DNA of 59,223 nt, the filler included. It is 6 parts of 6 records of this genome, joined end to end, with 100 filler letters (N's around TTAATTAATTAA, not from the genome) between each part and the next. Parts side by side here need not be neighbours in the genome. Positions count along the whole stretch, not along the records: positions 8,178 to 13,398 come from SRR31147125_6899; positions 13,499 to 21,956 come from SRR31147125_6944; 4 more parts are not named here. One strand, given 5' to 3'. The notes below the pieces were generated by a model. That model worked only from the letters and a program-made list of their open reading frames with translations, was not told the origin of the DNA and searched no databases. The position numbers and the translations under genes were made by a program. Of the stretch, positions 10,807-21,519 are shown in pieces; the stretch's first letter is position 1; each line of letters opens with the position of its first letter.

Positions 10807-13244
10807 ATGATATATTATTTTTTTAGACTGTTTAAAGGAAACCTACTTAAACATAAATTGATTTCAAGCATAAACATTACAGGACTTACTTTAGGTTTGC
10901 TAAGCACTATATTGATATTACAATACGTATCATTTCAATGGAGTTATGATGATTACCATGAAAATGCACAAAATCTATACAGGGTAGCATATAACCGCTA
11001 TCAAAACGAGATCTTGCAATGGAAGACCGCCAATTCATTTTATCCAACAGGCAACTACCTCTTATCAAATTATCCAGAAGTGTTAAATTCGGCCTGTATT
11101 TCAAGGAAATACAATATTCTGGTAACTTACAAAGATCTAGAAGGTTCGATAACTTCTTTTAATGAGGATAAAACATATTATGTCAGTAGTTCTTTGTTGG
11201 ATTTGTTCTCCATTAAGCTAAAATCAGGAACCAAAGAAGGATTAAATACTCCTAATTCAGTTTTTATTTCTGAAAGGGCTTCTAGTAAATATTTTGGAAA
11301 TGAAAATCCGGTTGGCAAAAACATTCAGGTGAATAATCAAGAATATTACACCATTCTCGGTGTATATAAAGATATCCCTAAAAACTCACATTTTCAAAGC
11401 GACTTTTTATTTTCTATTGAAGATTTACTTGCTCAAAATCCTGATATGGCTAATGATTGGAATAGTGATAACGTTCAAACCTATATTGAGCTTAAAACCG
11501 AAACCAATTATAAAAAGTTTGAAAAAGTTGCATTTAACGAAATGGTTAATGATAACTATGCAGGAACTCTAAATGTATTTGGCTGGCGTGATGAGTATTA
11601 CCTGCAACCTGTTCCGGATATTCATTTGTATTCAAATATTGAATATGAAACTGAACCGCCGGGTAATGGTAAAGCGGTGAATATTCTATTTGGTTTTGCT
11701 ATTTTCTTTTTAATAATTGCTTGGGTAAACTATGTTAACCTGGTTACCGCTAAAGCTATTGATAGGGCAAAAGAAATTGGTATAAAAAAAGTAAATGGGG
11801 ACTCAAAATACTCTATTGTTATTCAATTTATAGCAGAAGCTTTTATTTTTAATATTCTTGCGCTAAGTGTTGTTTTATTATTGTGGGTTGTAATAAATCC
11901 TTTTTATAAGCATTGGACAGGAATAGATCAAGATTTTACAATATTGACGTTTGAAAATATATTAATTGCATCAGGGATCTTTGTATTGGGGATTTTACTT
12001 TCAAGCTTATACCCGGCTTTTATTTTGTCTTCATATAAACCAGCATCAATATTAAAGGGCAAATTTGGAAATACAAATCAAGGAATAGCCTTTAGAAAAG
12101 GATTAGTTACTATACAATTTATTGTATCTGTTGTTTTATTAATCGGAACGCTGATAACCTACCAGCAAGTCAATTATCTTTTAAATAAAGATACCGGACT
12201 GAATTACCGGTCGAAAATTGCGATAAAAGCGCCAAAACCTGATTCAGAGCAGAATGTTTTCGTTAACAAAATTAAAGTATTTGAAAACCAGTTAATTGCC
12301 AATCCATTTATTGAGGATTTTACTTTCACTTCGGATATTCCCGGGGAAGAAATTGGTAACGCATTTTTTGTTGGAAAAATGGCGAAAATATAACCAATGG
12401 AAAAATTTTCTTTAGACTTGATACTGATTACCGTTTTAAAGACTTTTACGATATCAAGCTTAAAGCAGGCAGATTTTTCAAAATGAGTGATAAAGAAGAA
12501 CATAATTATCTTATTTTAAATGTTAAAGGAATGGAACGTTTGGGATTTACAGACCCAGAGAAAGCAATAGGAGAATTTGTAATAAATGCGGAGGGATATC
12601 GCAAATGTGAAATTATTGGGATATTAGATGATTTTCATTTTTATTCTGTAAAAGTTAATCCTGTTCCAATAATTTTTACTCTTCAGGATGCTTCAAAGAC
12701 TTTTTTAAATGCGCAATTGAACCTTACAGTAATGAATGACTTTCATCCAATTTTGAATGAGCTAAGAAATAACTATGCAGAGATATTTCCAGGGAGTCCA
12801 TTTGAATATTCTATTATAGAACAAAAAGCCACTAATGATTTAAAAGAAGATAAAACTTTTGCAACTGTTTTTGGCATTTTCTCAATACTTGCCATTACGG
12901 TTTCAATTATTGGCATTTTGGGATTAGTAATCATTACAATTAATCAAAACCTAAAGGAGTTTGGAATGCGAAAAGTTTTAGGTGCAGATTTAACATCAAT
13001 CTCAAAAATATTATCAAAAAGGCTAATCTGGGAATTTATTATTGCTTTATTAATTGCTATTCCTATATCAATTTTAGGTTTTCAAAAATGGTTTCTAAAT
13101 AATTATATTTCTCATATTGATGTTAATTGGACACATATTATTTTCCCGCTTTTACTGCTGATTACTGTTTTTCTATTAATTATATATAGTCAGGCAAAGA
13201 AAGTAATGAATATTAATCCTACTTATATTTTAAAGTCTGAATAA
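10807..13244 (+). CDS. MacB/FtsX-family ABC transporter permease (tandem domains), frameshift near 12364-12370
   Basis: SSINITGLTLGL, LQPVPDIHLYS, RAKEIGIKKV, KEFGMRKVLGA; the alternative frame bridges 12370-12483 (DFYDIKLKAGRFF). Confidence 0.88.
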
Positions 13245-13398
13245 TATAACTATAACTTACTTTCTTGGTAAATAATAAATCAATGAAGGTATAAATCTAT
13301 TTTTAACATAAAATAACAATGAAAGCAATAAAAGGAAAGCCGGAGAAGACAATTTTTACTAGTAGTAAAAAATGGAATTATTTGTTTTTAATTTTTTT

Positions 13399-13498
13399 NN
13401 NNNNNNNNNNNNNNNNNNNNNNNNNNNNNNNNNNNNNNNNNNTTAATTAATTAANNNNNNNNNNNNNNNNNNNNNNNNNNNNNNNNNNNNNNNNNNNN
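13399..13498. other. Artificial contig spacer
   Basis: N44-TTAATTAATTAA-N44. Confidence 0.99.
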
Positions 13499-14635
13499 GG
13501 TTGTTTTCCCAGATCCTGTTGCACCGATAATACCAAGTGTTTGTCCTTTGTAAAGTTCAAAACTAATATCATTGATATTCTTATCTTTTTGCAAATATGA
13601 AAAAGAGACATGATCAAATGTGATGTGTGGAACACGTTTTCTTTCAATAATATCTTTATATCCGTCTTTCATCGCAACAGGTAATTCTAAAACCTCATAA
13701 ATACGTTCTCCGGATGCTGATGCACGAGATGATAAAACAAAGATTCTTGTTACACTCATCATTGCATTTAAAATAATTGTAAAATAAGTCACCAATGCTA
13801 AAATCTCACCTTTTTCAGTGAGTCCAATATCAATACGATATGCTCCAAAAACTAAAACAACAACTAATCCGACATTCATCACAACACGCATTAAAGGATT
13901 AATTCTTGACATCGTAATCGTAGCTTTTAGTTCTTTATCAACTGTGTCTTGATTCTTTTCATCAAATCGTTCTATCTCATGTTGATTCATTGATAATGCT
14001 CTAACAACACGAACACCTGTAATATATTCACGCAATGTACGAATAAGTTTATCAACAGATTTTTGTGTTTTTTTATACAGTGGTACACCAATTCTTGATG
14101 TTGTGTAAACAATAACGCCAATCAGTGGTAATAATGCAACCATGACCAACGTAAGCATTGGATCAATAAATAAACTCATTGTAATACCACCAAGTAACAA
14201 CACGGGTGCACGTACACCTAATCGTTGCATCGCACCTGTTGCTCGATACATATTGTATGTATCAGTTGTCATCCGTGAAATTAATGAAGGTCTTGTCATT
14301 TGATCGATTTGATCAGCCGATAATTCATTAATTTTTTTAAATAAATCATGTCTTAATACTTTTGTAGACTCTGATGCAATCTTTTCAGCTTTTCGATTTG
14401 CAATAATATTAAATGTCCATCCCAAAAATGCAACAGAAACCATTAAAACACCCAATAATACAAGTGACCAAATCGATGCGTTAGCATCTTCTTGTAATGC
14501 AGGGATTTCATCATCAATCATATAAGCAATAATAAATGGCAGTAATAAATCAGTCATTGCAGCTATCGATTTAAATGATAGACTCACAGTGAGTGTACGC
14601 CAATACGGCTTTATGATTCTTAAAATGTACTTCAT
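13499..14635 (-). CDS. ABC exporter (fused TMD + NBD), 3' truncated
   Basis: Six-TM ABC membrane domain, then Walker A GATGSGKTT at the contig edge. Confidence 0.93.
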
Positions 14636-14650
14636 TGTAATACCTAATTT

Positions 14651-15049
14651 CTAAATAAGTTTTTTTCTATGATTAAGATCTAATGAACTCATCATTAAAA
14701 CATCACGATCTATGTATATGTAACACGCTTCTAAAACTTCAATGGTTTTTGTTACAGAGTGATTATAATTAGATTTAAATATATCGCGTTCTAAATATGT
14801 TATATCTAATAATATCAATGTCTGCGTTTGTGTCATCACACCTTGATAAACACCATCTTCTTCTGGTGTCTTCCAAATTAAGAACTTTATACGACTGATT
14901 TTAAGCGCTTTTAATTTTTTGGGATTTTTATAAAATTTATGCCACAATTTGTCTAAAAATAGATTACCTTTTTTATGATATTTGTTAACGATTAATCCAG
15001 GGTCAACAAGTAAATATGTTCCTTTATTTATAAAATATTTTTCTTTCAT
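14651..15049 (-). CDS. Hypothetical protein
   Basis: 132-aa ORF translationally coupled (ATGA overlap) to the upstream nuclease gene. Confidence 0.6.
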   Translation of the reverse strand: MKEKYFINKGTYLLVDPGLIVNKYHKKGNLFLDKLWHKFYKNPKKLKALKISRIKFLIWKTPEEDGVYQGVMTQTQTLILLDITYLERDIFKSNYNHSVTKTIEVLEACYIYIDRDVLMMSSLDLNHRKKLI

Positions 15050-16014
15050 ATATGAAATATGGATTTTCTTTCTTCAATAAAATACTGAAATGAAGTTTCA
15101 GTTACTTCATCTTCTTCATCAGGCTCTAATATATCATCAATTGTGATATCTTCCCATATCAGATGTACGTATTCAGGATGATCAATATATGGATTTCTAT
15201 TTCCCTGTACACCATAAATAACATCATTTCTTTGTCTTTCAAAATCATCAACTGGATCTAATTTATGCCACTCAAGTAATAAGTCCAATACACCCATTCT
15301 TGCACCATCCATTGTATAATGATCCGACTCATCAAGTAATGCATCTAAATCATTAGTAAGTTCTAAATAATCATACATCGTAACCATATAAAATAAAATG
15401 CGTGCGACATCACCAATGTGTTCATCACCTGGATAATATCCACCATCGCTATTGACGCCATTTTCTCCTGATCCATCCGTATAAAATCTGTCACTTCTTG
15501 AACTATTTACACTAGGAACTGCAGCTCTTAAGTTATGCAGATCAGATGCTTGATTTTTATCTGTTCCAGAAACTCTTTCAGTCCCTAATCTTGAATTTGG
15601 CCATACGTGTTCTCTATTCCATGTACCACCTTGATCCCACTCGGCATCAACAAGTGTACCATCATAAATATTCCAAATCTTTGTATCATCTTCTAAAGAA
15701 AGATCGGATTGAGCCAAATATGTTCTTGCATCATTATATGAAACAGCTTGGAAATCCATTGAGATAATATCACTTAATTTATTAAATAATTGAATACCCT
15801 CTAATTGATTAGCATGATAGTAGTAATCACTATCTTCTACATAATAGTAGTATCCTTCTTCATTTTGTGAAGAACTATAGACAATGTTATCTTGCTCACC
15901 ACTAAAGAAAAAATATCCGATTGCAGCAATCAATATGATAATAACGAGTGAAATAATTCTATATTCTTTACTTCTTTTTAATTTTTTTATTTTTCTCTCT
16001 ATTTTAGTTGCCAT
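15046..16014 (-). CDS. Membrane-anchored extracellular endonuclease I (EndA/Bsn family)
   Basis: N-terminal TM; WNREHVWP, DLHNLR, GDVARILFYM, ERQRN, QGNRNPYIDHP. Confidence 0.92.
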   Translation of the reverse strand: MATKIERKIKKLKRSKEYRIISLVIIILIAAIGYFFFSGEQDNIVYSSSQNEEGYYYYVEDSDYYYHANQLEGIQLFNKLSDIISMDFQAVSYNDARTYLAQSDLSLEDDTKIWNIYDGTLVDAEWDQGGTWNREHVWPNSRLGTERVSGTDKNQASDLHNLRAAVPSVNSSRSDRFYTDGSGENGVNSDGGYYPGDEHIGDVARILFYMVTMYDYLELTNDLDALLDESDHYTMDGARMGVLDLLLEWHKLDPVDDFERQRNDVIYGVQGNRNPYIDHPEYVHLIWEDITIDDILEPDEEDEVTETSFQYFIEERKSIFHI

Positions 16015-16075
16015 GATTCCCTCCAGGATAATATTTATGTTTATTATATCATATCGTATGTATGTATATGATGGA

Positions 16076-16104
16076 TTGACAAAACATTTAATTTCATTTA
16101 TAAT
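16076..16104 (+). promoter_or_regulatory. Consensus sigma70/sigmaA promoter of tRNA-Thr
   Basis: TTGACA (16076)-17 bp-TATAAT (16099). Confidence 0.9.
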
Positions 16105-16115
16105 TCTATAGCAAA

Positions 16116-16189
16116 GCCTCTATAGTTTAATGGTAAAACGCAGCCATGGTAAGGCTGAATTGTAAGTTCGATTCTCACTAGAGGCACCA
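16116..16189 (+). tRNA. tRNA-Thr(GGT)
   Basis: Acceptor GCCTCTA/TAGAGGC, anticodon arm CAGCC-ATGGTAA-GGCTG, TTCGA T-loop, encoded CCA. Confidence 0.95.
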
Positions 16190-16201
16190 TTATATTTTCT
16201 A

Positions 16202-16225
16202 AAAAGCACTTTATAAAGTGCTTTT
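16202..16225. terminator. Bidirectional intrinsic terminator
   Basis: AAAAGCACTTT-AT-AAAGTGCTTTT between the convergent tRNA-Thr and CDS. Confidence 0.7.
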
Positions 16226-17401
16226 CTTTTCTTCAAAATCAATTTTACATACATAAGGCTGATAATGTCTTTTTTTATTTTTCAAGGCGAAGCTTTTATA
16301 AGGATCAATCAGATGATCAAATATCCAATTAAGATCTGTATACATATTTTCTTTTTGATTTAAATACGTTTCATGATCATTTAAATGCGTGATATGTTCA
16401 TAACGTTTATATAAATATGTGATGAGTCGATCATCGATTTCTTTATAAGCATAGTTTTTTGCTTTAATATATAATTGATAACTTCGCTCTACTTCTCCTT
16501 GATCATATAAGAAAATCGAGAATTCATAAAGGGTCAACAATCCTATTTCATCTTTTTTAAATGATTCGAATTTTAGATGTCTAAATAGTTTATCAAGCGC
16601 TTGATCATGTGTCATTTTATAATCATTGACACCTTCTAAATAGTAGTTTAATATCATGAAATGAAATAATTGGTTAATATATTTTCTCGTTTTTAATAGT
16701 TCTTTTGCGCGTTCAAATAAATATGGGTTGTATTGATTGTTTTCTAGAGATAATGATTGATATTGTATAAACTGTGCAAGTTGAAACCATGGATGCGTGC
16801 TAATTTTCTTATATGCAACAAAATCTCCAAAAATACGTGATGTTGAGACACTAAAGGACTTGATATATACAAAACTTAATAATCCCACAATGATCGTGTA
16901 GATCAAATAAAAACCTATAACTATAGGTGTTTCTACAAACATTAAGCTTAGTAGGCAAGTCAATATCGTAAATACTAAATATATAATGGTCGCCATTGGT
17001 GCTGCAATTAAAGATTTTTTAAATGCTGTTGTTATTTTAAAATAATCCTCTTCATTTTTTATCTCATCTAAATCTGGAACAACTAATCCACCCAATAAAA
17101 TCCATAGTCTAGGATCTATTTTAAAACGCCACCCTTGATCTGTTTTATAAAAAATAAATATTGTCAGATAAATCGCTCTAAGCTTTGTTCCATTCATTTT
17201 AAAACTCATAAAATGTGTGAGTTCATGGATAGCTAATGTCAGATAAAAAGCTAAAATAATAATAAGTGGATACATCCACCATTTTATTAATGATAAACCT
17301 TTTGAAATTATTGCTAGTTGACCATTAAAAGCTAAACTTGTGACAAGCAATCCCGCGATAAAACATATTAATATAAAATAAATAATTTTCTTATTTTTCA
17401 T
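16211..17401 (-). CDS. Membrane protein, possible M50/site-2 metalloprotease
   Basis: Multiple TM segments, HELTH (HExxH) in a hydrophobic helix, downstream AAP and GD motifs. Confidence 0.6.
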   Translation of the reverse strand: MKNKKIIYFILICFIAGLLVTSLAFNGQLAIISKGLSLIKWWMYPLIIILAFYLTLAIHELTHFMSFKMNGTKLRAIYLTIFIFYKTDQGWRFKIDPRLWILLGGLVVPDLDEIKNEEDYFKITTAFKKSLIAAPMATIIYLVFTILTCLLSLMFVETPIVIGFYLIYTIIVGLLSFVYIKSFSVSTSRIFGDFVAYKKISTHPWFQLAQFIQYQSLSLENNQYNPYLFERAKELLKTRKYINQLFHFMILNYYLEGVNDYKMTHDQALDKLFRHLKFESFKKDEIGLLTLYEFSIFLYDQGEVERSYQLYIKAKNYAYKEIDDRLITYLYKRYEHITHLNDHETYLNQKENMYTDLNWIFDHLIDPYKSFALKNKKRHYQPYVCKIDFEEKKSTL

Positions 17402-17492
17402 ATGATTTCTCCATGAGTATATTATAACATATGCATTTTTTATTTATTGAAACGATATAACTAAAATTGGTGTTTTTTTGCTTTGCAATCTC

Positions 17493-17521
17493 TTGACAAG
17501 TATAAAAATATTTGCTATTAT
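17493..17521 (+). promoter_or_regulatory. sigmaA promoter of tRNA-Gly
   Basis: TTGACA-17 bp-TATTAT with extended -10 TG. Confidence 0.85.
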
Positions 17522-17537
17522 ATAAAAGCACTGACAA

Positions 17538-17612
17538 GTGGGCGTCGTATAATGGTTATTACACGTGCTTGCCAAGCATGAAATGGGGGTCCGATTCCCC
17601 TCGCCCGCTCCA
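17538..17612 (+). tRNA. tRNA-Gly(GCC)
   Basis: Acceptor GTGGGCG/CGCCCGC, anticodon arm CGTGC-TTGCCAA-GCATG, T-arm GGGGG-TCCGATT-CCCCT, encoded CCA. Confidence 0.93.
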
Positions 17613-17729
17613 ATAATACACACATATGATATTGATTGCCCTCAATATCTCTAATAACATTACACCTTGAAAATTGTAATTTGTTAATTTGATTTTACAC
17701 TCTCTAAATTGTAAAGTCAAGGAAATGAG

Positions 17730-17984
17730 GTGTTTTTTGTGTTAAAAATAGATTTTAAACTTAAGGAAATACGAAAAAGTAAGGGGATTTCACAACAACA
17801 ATTGGCTAAAGACTTAAATACTTCACAACAACAGTTAAGTAGATATGAAACCAATGCTGATATCCCAAAATTAGATAGACTTGTTGAAATAGCAAGTGTT
17901 TTAGATGTTACATTAGATGAACTTGTAGAGTTTAAGAAAATACATCATGAGTATTCAGAAGAAATCAAAAATAAATTAAAATAA
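17730..17984 (+). CDS. XRE-family transcriptional repressor
   Basis: LKEIRKSKGISQQQLA..SQQQLSRYE..P.LDRL..IA..LDVTLDEL. Confidence 0.92.
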   Translation: MFFVLKIDFKLKEIRKSKGISQQQLAKDLNTSQQQLSRYETNADIPKLDRLVEIASVLDVTLDELVEFKKIHHEYSEEIKNKLK

Positions 17985-17995
17985 AGGGGAATTTT

Positions 17996-18376
17996 ATGAT
18001 TAAAAAAATTTTAGCTGTATTATCGTTCTTATCAGTATCTGTATTACTTATGTCTTGTGATATCGACTTCAGCGAAGTTGGTGAAGGAATAGATCAAGTA
18101 ACATCTAAAGCTTTATCATCTTCAGATTTGGATATAGATAGTGAAGCAGGACTATTTCATTTATATGTCATCATTAAACCTAATGTTGATATTGATTATG
18201 TAAATATTAAATTAGAAATAATGGATGATGATGGTAGCATCATCAATACTGAAACTAAAAAGTTTACAGATTTATCATCAGGCGAATCTTATAAATATGA
18301 ATATGATATGTCATTATCAAACATTATAAACGCTGATCGATATCGTTTTTCATTTGTTGATGGTGAGAAAGCATAA
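17996..18376 (+). CDS. Acidic lipoprotein (candidate superinfection exclusion/immunity protein)
   Basis: Lipobox LMSC after a signal peptide; co-transcribed with the repressor; function inferred only from position. Confidence 0.7.
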   Translation: MIKKILAVLSFLSVSVLLMSCDIDFSEVGEGIDQVTSKALSSSDLDIDSEAGLFHLYVIIKPNVDIDYVNIKLEIMDDDGSIINTETKKFTDLSSGESYKYEYDMSLSNIINADRYRFSFVDGEKA

Positions 18377-18398
18377 AGCCGAAATCAATCGGCTTTTT
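18375..18398. terminator. Intrinsic terminator between the convergent lipoprotein and integrase genes
   Basis: AAAGCCGA-aatcaa-TCGGCTTT followed by a T-run. Confidence 0.65.
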
Positions 18399-19257
18399 CT
18401 TTTTTATATGGATAAAATTCTCTGTAATCTTTGTTTAGCATCACTTGATCTATTTCTAAATATATCATGGTTTGTCTAATATCTTGATGACCTAATAACT
18501 TGCTAATGGTTGTTAATGGACATCCTTTTCGTAATAATTTGGTTGCAAATGTTTTTCTAAGTCTATGTGCATGAATGCGATATGGCGAATCAACATGTCT
18601 ATTAATTTTATTAAAAAAATGCTCTAAACTGTATTTATCAATTGGTTTATCTTTGTCATAATTCCATAAGACATATTCATGATTCTTCTTCTTTGCTTTT
18701 ATCAATAAGTCTTTAGACAGTGTATCAAAAAATGCATATCTTTTTTTACCATTCTTCGTATGATCTAATAAAATGACATCATGATCTAAATCAACATTTT
18801 TAAATCTTAAATCTAATAACTCTGATAACCTTACACCTGTATCTAAAAACAAACATACGGCTAGACTCCATGAAAGATTATTACTTTTATTTATATCTAA
18901 TGATTTAATGTAGTTTAACATCTGATTAAACTCATCTTCTGATAAAGCTCTAAATGATTCCGTATCATCTTTCAATTTATATCTTTTTGGATATTTAATA
19001 TCGTTGTAATTAAACGCTGTGATGATACATGAAATTGCATCATTAATTTTTGAATTCTTTTTTGTTGTCTTTGATAAAAAATAATCAATGATATTTTCAA
19101 AAAATAAATTATCAATATCCCCCTCTTCTTTGTATTGCAATTCATGTATTATCGGTTTTATCACTTTAAAGTTTTTTCGATAATATAAATATGTTCCATG
19201 TGCTCGATATTTTTTAACATGCATTAAATAATTATCAAATGATTTTGAAATAGTCAT
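18385..19257 (-). CDS. Tyrosine recombinase/integrase
   Basis: Full catalytic set: TGVRLSEL (R), TKNGK (K), HRLR, LLGH, TMIY. Confidence 0.95.
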   Translation of the reverse strand: MTISKSFDNYLMHVKKYRAHGTYLYYRKNFKVIKPIIHELQYKEEGDIDNLFFENIIDYFLSKTTKKNSKINDAISCIITAFNYNDIKYPKRYKLKDDTESFRALSEDEFNQMLNYIKSLDINKSNNLSWSLAVCLFLDTGVRLSELLDLRFKNVDLDHDVILLDHTKNGKKRYAFFDTLSKDLLIKAKKKNHEYVLWNYDKDKPIDKYSLEHFFNKINRHVDSPYRIHAHRLRKTFATKLLRKGCPLTTISKLLGHQDIRQTMIYLEIDQVMLNKDYREFYPYKKEKAD

Positions 19258-19499
19258 TTTCTATTCCTCCCTTTTTGTTTTATAATAGTCAGAAAGGAAA
19301 CTTATTACTTTATTTAATTTTTAAGTCCCCCTGGTAAACTATCGTAAATATAATTATAAAACATTTTATAAAGGAAGTTTTCCATAATATTTGTGGATAT
19401 CTATTTCTTTTTTTAAAAATGTTATTGACTGATACTTGATAAATAGTATAATTTATACTAGAGATAAATTCAAAAATTAAATGTGGGGTAAATATTATT

Positions 19500-19841
19500 A
19501 TGGACAAAGACAAAGCTTTAGAAATATGGCAGGCTAGATTTGGCGATGCAGTAAAATCAGTTGATTTTACAAATATAAGAATACATAGGGAAGCCTACAA
19601 AGATAATAACAATCCAAACGGTTGGTGTATTCATTATAAACAACCACTATCTAAAGGTGGAACGCATGACATTTCCAATGTTGAAATAGTTTCTATTGAA
19701 TCACATCTAAAGATTAATAATAAAACTATTTTCACTATTGATCAAGATGTATTTGAAGTTCATCATTTAGATCATAATGAATATGGCATATTTTTAATTC
19801 AAGATGATGAAATTGAAGCACGTGTTGATTTTTATGAATAA
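19500..19841 (+). CDS. HNH-like small protein, apparently degenerate
   Basis: GWCIHYKQPLSKGG...SN resembles the W.IDH..PLSKGG...NL HNH core. Confidence 0.55.
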   Translation: MDKDKALEIWQARFGDAVKSVDFTNIRIHREAYKDNNNPNGWCIHYKQPLSKGGTHDISNVEIVSIESHLKINNKTIFTIDQDVFEVHHLDHNEYGIFLIQDDEIEARVDFYE

Positions 19842-19852
19842 GCACAGACCTT

Positions 19853-19887
19853 AAAGGTGTAATCTTAATTGATTCACACCTTTTTTT
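19853..19887 (+). terminator. Intrinsic terminator
   Basis: AAAGGTGTAATC...GATTCACACCTTT plus T-run after the HNH-like gene. Confidence 0.7.
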
Positions 19888-19950
19888 ATTGATCACAAAA
19901 ATATATATACGTATCATATTCATTGTATATATAAGTATATATATACAATT

Positions 19951-20313
19951 CTATGATGGTTTTGCTTTTTTCTTGAGTTCTTTATTGTATGAGATCAGAT
20001 TATCTTTATCAGTAAGAAGTTTTGCTTTCTCTTCTTTAAGTTTTTGCGTATCTTCTTTTAAACTAAAATAAGATTTTCTCATCTTATCGAACTCATCTTT
20101 TAAATCTTTGTAACTTTCCCATTCAACTCCCTTTTGAGCTTGAATGGTTTTTAATTCTTGTCTAGCTTCATCACGTTCTGATATAATCTCATCCTTTTTT
20201 CTAATTGGAAGTAGAATTATATTCCAGAACATAAACCAAATTAAATATAAAAGTATGGCTATGAATAATATCACAATGAGTGATAATGTAAAGTTTAGTA
20301 GTTGATTGATCAT
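19951..20313 (-). CDS. Phage membrane protein (N-terminal TM + coiled coil)
   Basis: Long hydrophobic N-terminus then a charged heptad-rich tail; ATGA overlap with the ATPase gene. Confidence 0.7.
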   Translation of the reverse strand: MINQLLNFTLSLIVILFIAILLYLIWFMFWNIILLPIRKKDEIISERDEARQELKTIQAQKGVEWESYKDLKDEFDKMRKSYFSLKEDTQKLKEEKAKLLTDKDNLISYNKELKKKAKPS

Positions 20314-21275
20314 GCGTTCATCTTTGCTCCTTTCATTTTTTCAAGTTTTGCATATTTTTGTTTCATGTTGAATCTATTAAAGTATTGCATGTCTTCTGGA
20401 TATTTGTTTTTGTAGAACCATGTTTTTTCAAGTTTCAAATCATAATCACTTCCGCCTTTAGGTTCAACATTGTATGACTTGATTTTCCAACCTAATATTT
20501 TAAATCTAATCTTGCCTGTGTCTAACCAAAGCTTATAATCTAAGCCTTTTTTTATTTTAGGTTCATGATAACCAGTAATCATTTGCATAATCGCTATATC
20601 GTTTTTAGGCAGTTGTGATATGAAATAAAATAAATCCATGCCTTGGTGTCTTTGAGTACCCATTGCTGCAACCATAGGAAGTACTTCATCATTATAGACT
20701 TTTTTAGCGTTGTTTCTCTGTTGGTATTGTGTAAGCATTTCCTCATAAACGATGAAATTAAACCTTTCTTCATCAAAGCCTGCAAATTGTTCACCCTCTT
20801 TAAAAACATCGCTAGGTGCAAAGATTTGATGATAAAAATACGGCATGCCGTTTAAATCAGTTCTTGGAGTTTCCATACTTGCTGTTGTATAACTGCATTT
20901 ACCAGTATGATAAGCATAATCCATCATGGCATGATATGTAAATGTAGATTTCCCAGAACCAGGTTTACCATAAATATAATGAGCCCCCACTTTAAAAGTT
21001 GGAAGATCCTCAATCGTTTCATGCTCTAATCCATTTAAGTCCCACCAAATCCATAGAAAATGAATAGGGAAGGTTGTATATCGCATCAGTTTGCCTGTGT
21101 GTTTAACGACGTCAATGCATTTAAATATCAATTGCTCTGATAACTTGATGACTTTAAGTGTTAAAACATCAATCATTAATAATGCTTTGCTGATATAACG
21201 ATGATATGTATCAATGATTTTAAAGGCTTTATGTTCATATACTTGAAGTTGTTCTTCATTGAAATCTTTAAACAT
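20310..21275 (-). CDS. Zot/pI-like (FtsK-HerA superfamily) morphogenesis ATPase
   Basis: Walker A YGKPGSGKST, Walker B FIVYEEM, QRHQG.DLFYFISQ (RH...hhhhSQ typical of pI/Zot), hydrophobic segment before the P-loop. Confidence 0.8.
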   Translation of the reverse strand: MFKDFNEEQLQVYEHKAFKIIDTYHRYISKALLMIDVLTLKVIKLSEQLIFKCIDVVKHTGKLMRYTTFPIHFLWIWWDLNGLEHETIEDLPTFKVGAHYIYGKPGSGKSTFTYHAMMDYAYHTGKCSYTTASMETPRTDLNGMPYFYHQIFAPSDVFKEGEQFAGFDEERFNFIVYEEMLTQYQQRNNAKKVYNDEVLPMVAAMGTQRHQGMDLFYFISQLPKNDIAIMQMITGYHEPKIKKGLDYKLWLDTGKIRFKILGWKIKSYNVEPKGGSDYDLKLEKTWFYKNKYPEDMQYFNRFNMKQKYAKLEKMKGAKMNA

Positions 21276-21519
21276 TTAACCACCCACTCACACTTGCATA
21301 GATACCAAATATTGTAATCAAGATAACAATCCAAAAAAATATTTTGAGTGGGGAGCTTGTTATCTCTTTTATCGCAATAGATAACCTACTCCCCCACTTC
21401 ATTGCACTGTAAGCAGCTAGAATAGAAAATATCACTAAAAATGCAGGGACAATATACTTGATTGCCCCTAGTAAATATCTTCCAATTTCTAATATGTAAC
21501 TCATTAGATCATCCTCCAA
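21268..21519 (-). CDS. Small two-TM protein (pVI-like by position)
   Basis: 83 aa, two hydrophobic helices, immediately upstream of the pI-like gene. Confidence 0.6.
   Translation of the reverse strand: MEDDLMSYILEIGRYLLGAIKYIVPAFLVIFSILAAYSAMKWGSRLSIAIKEITSSPLKIFFWIVILITIFGIYASVSGWLNV

Noticed and set aside
15046-16014. Endonuclease as part of the prophage or a defence system
   Set aside because: It lies on the host side of both tRNAs and is an ordinary membrane-anchored EndA-type nuclease, probably nutritional.
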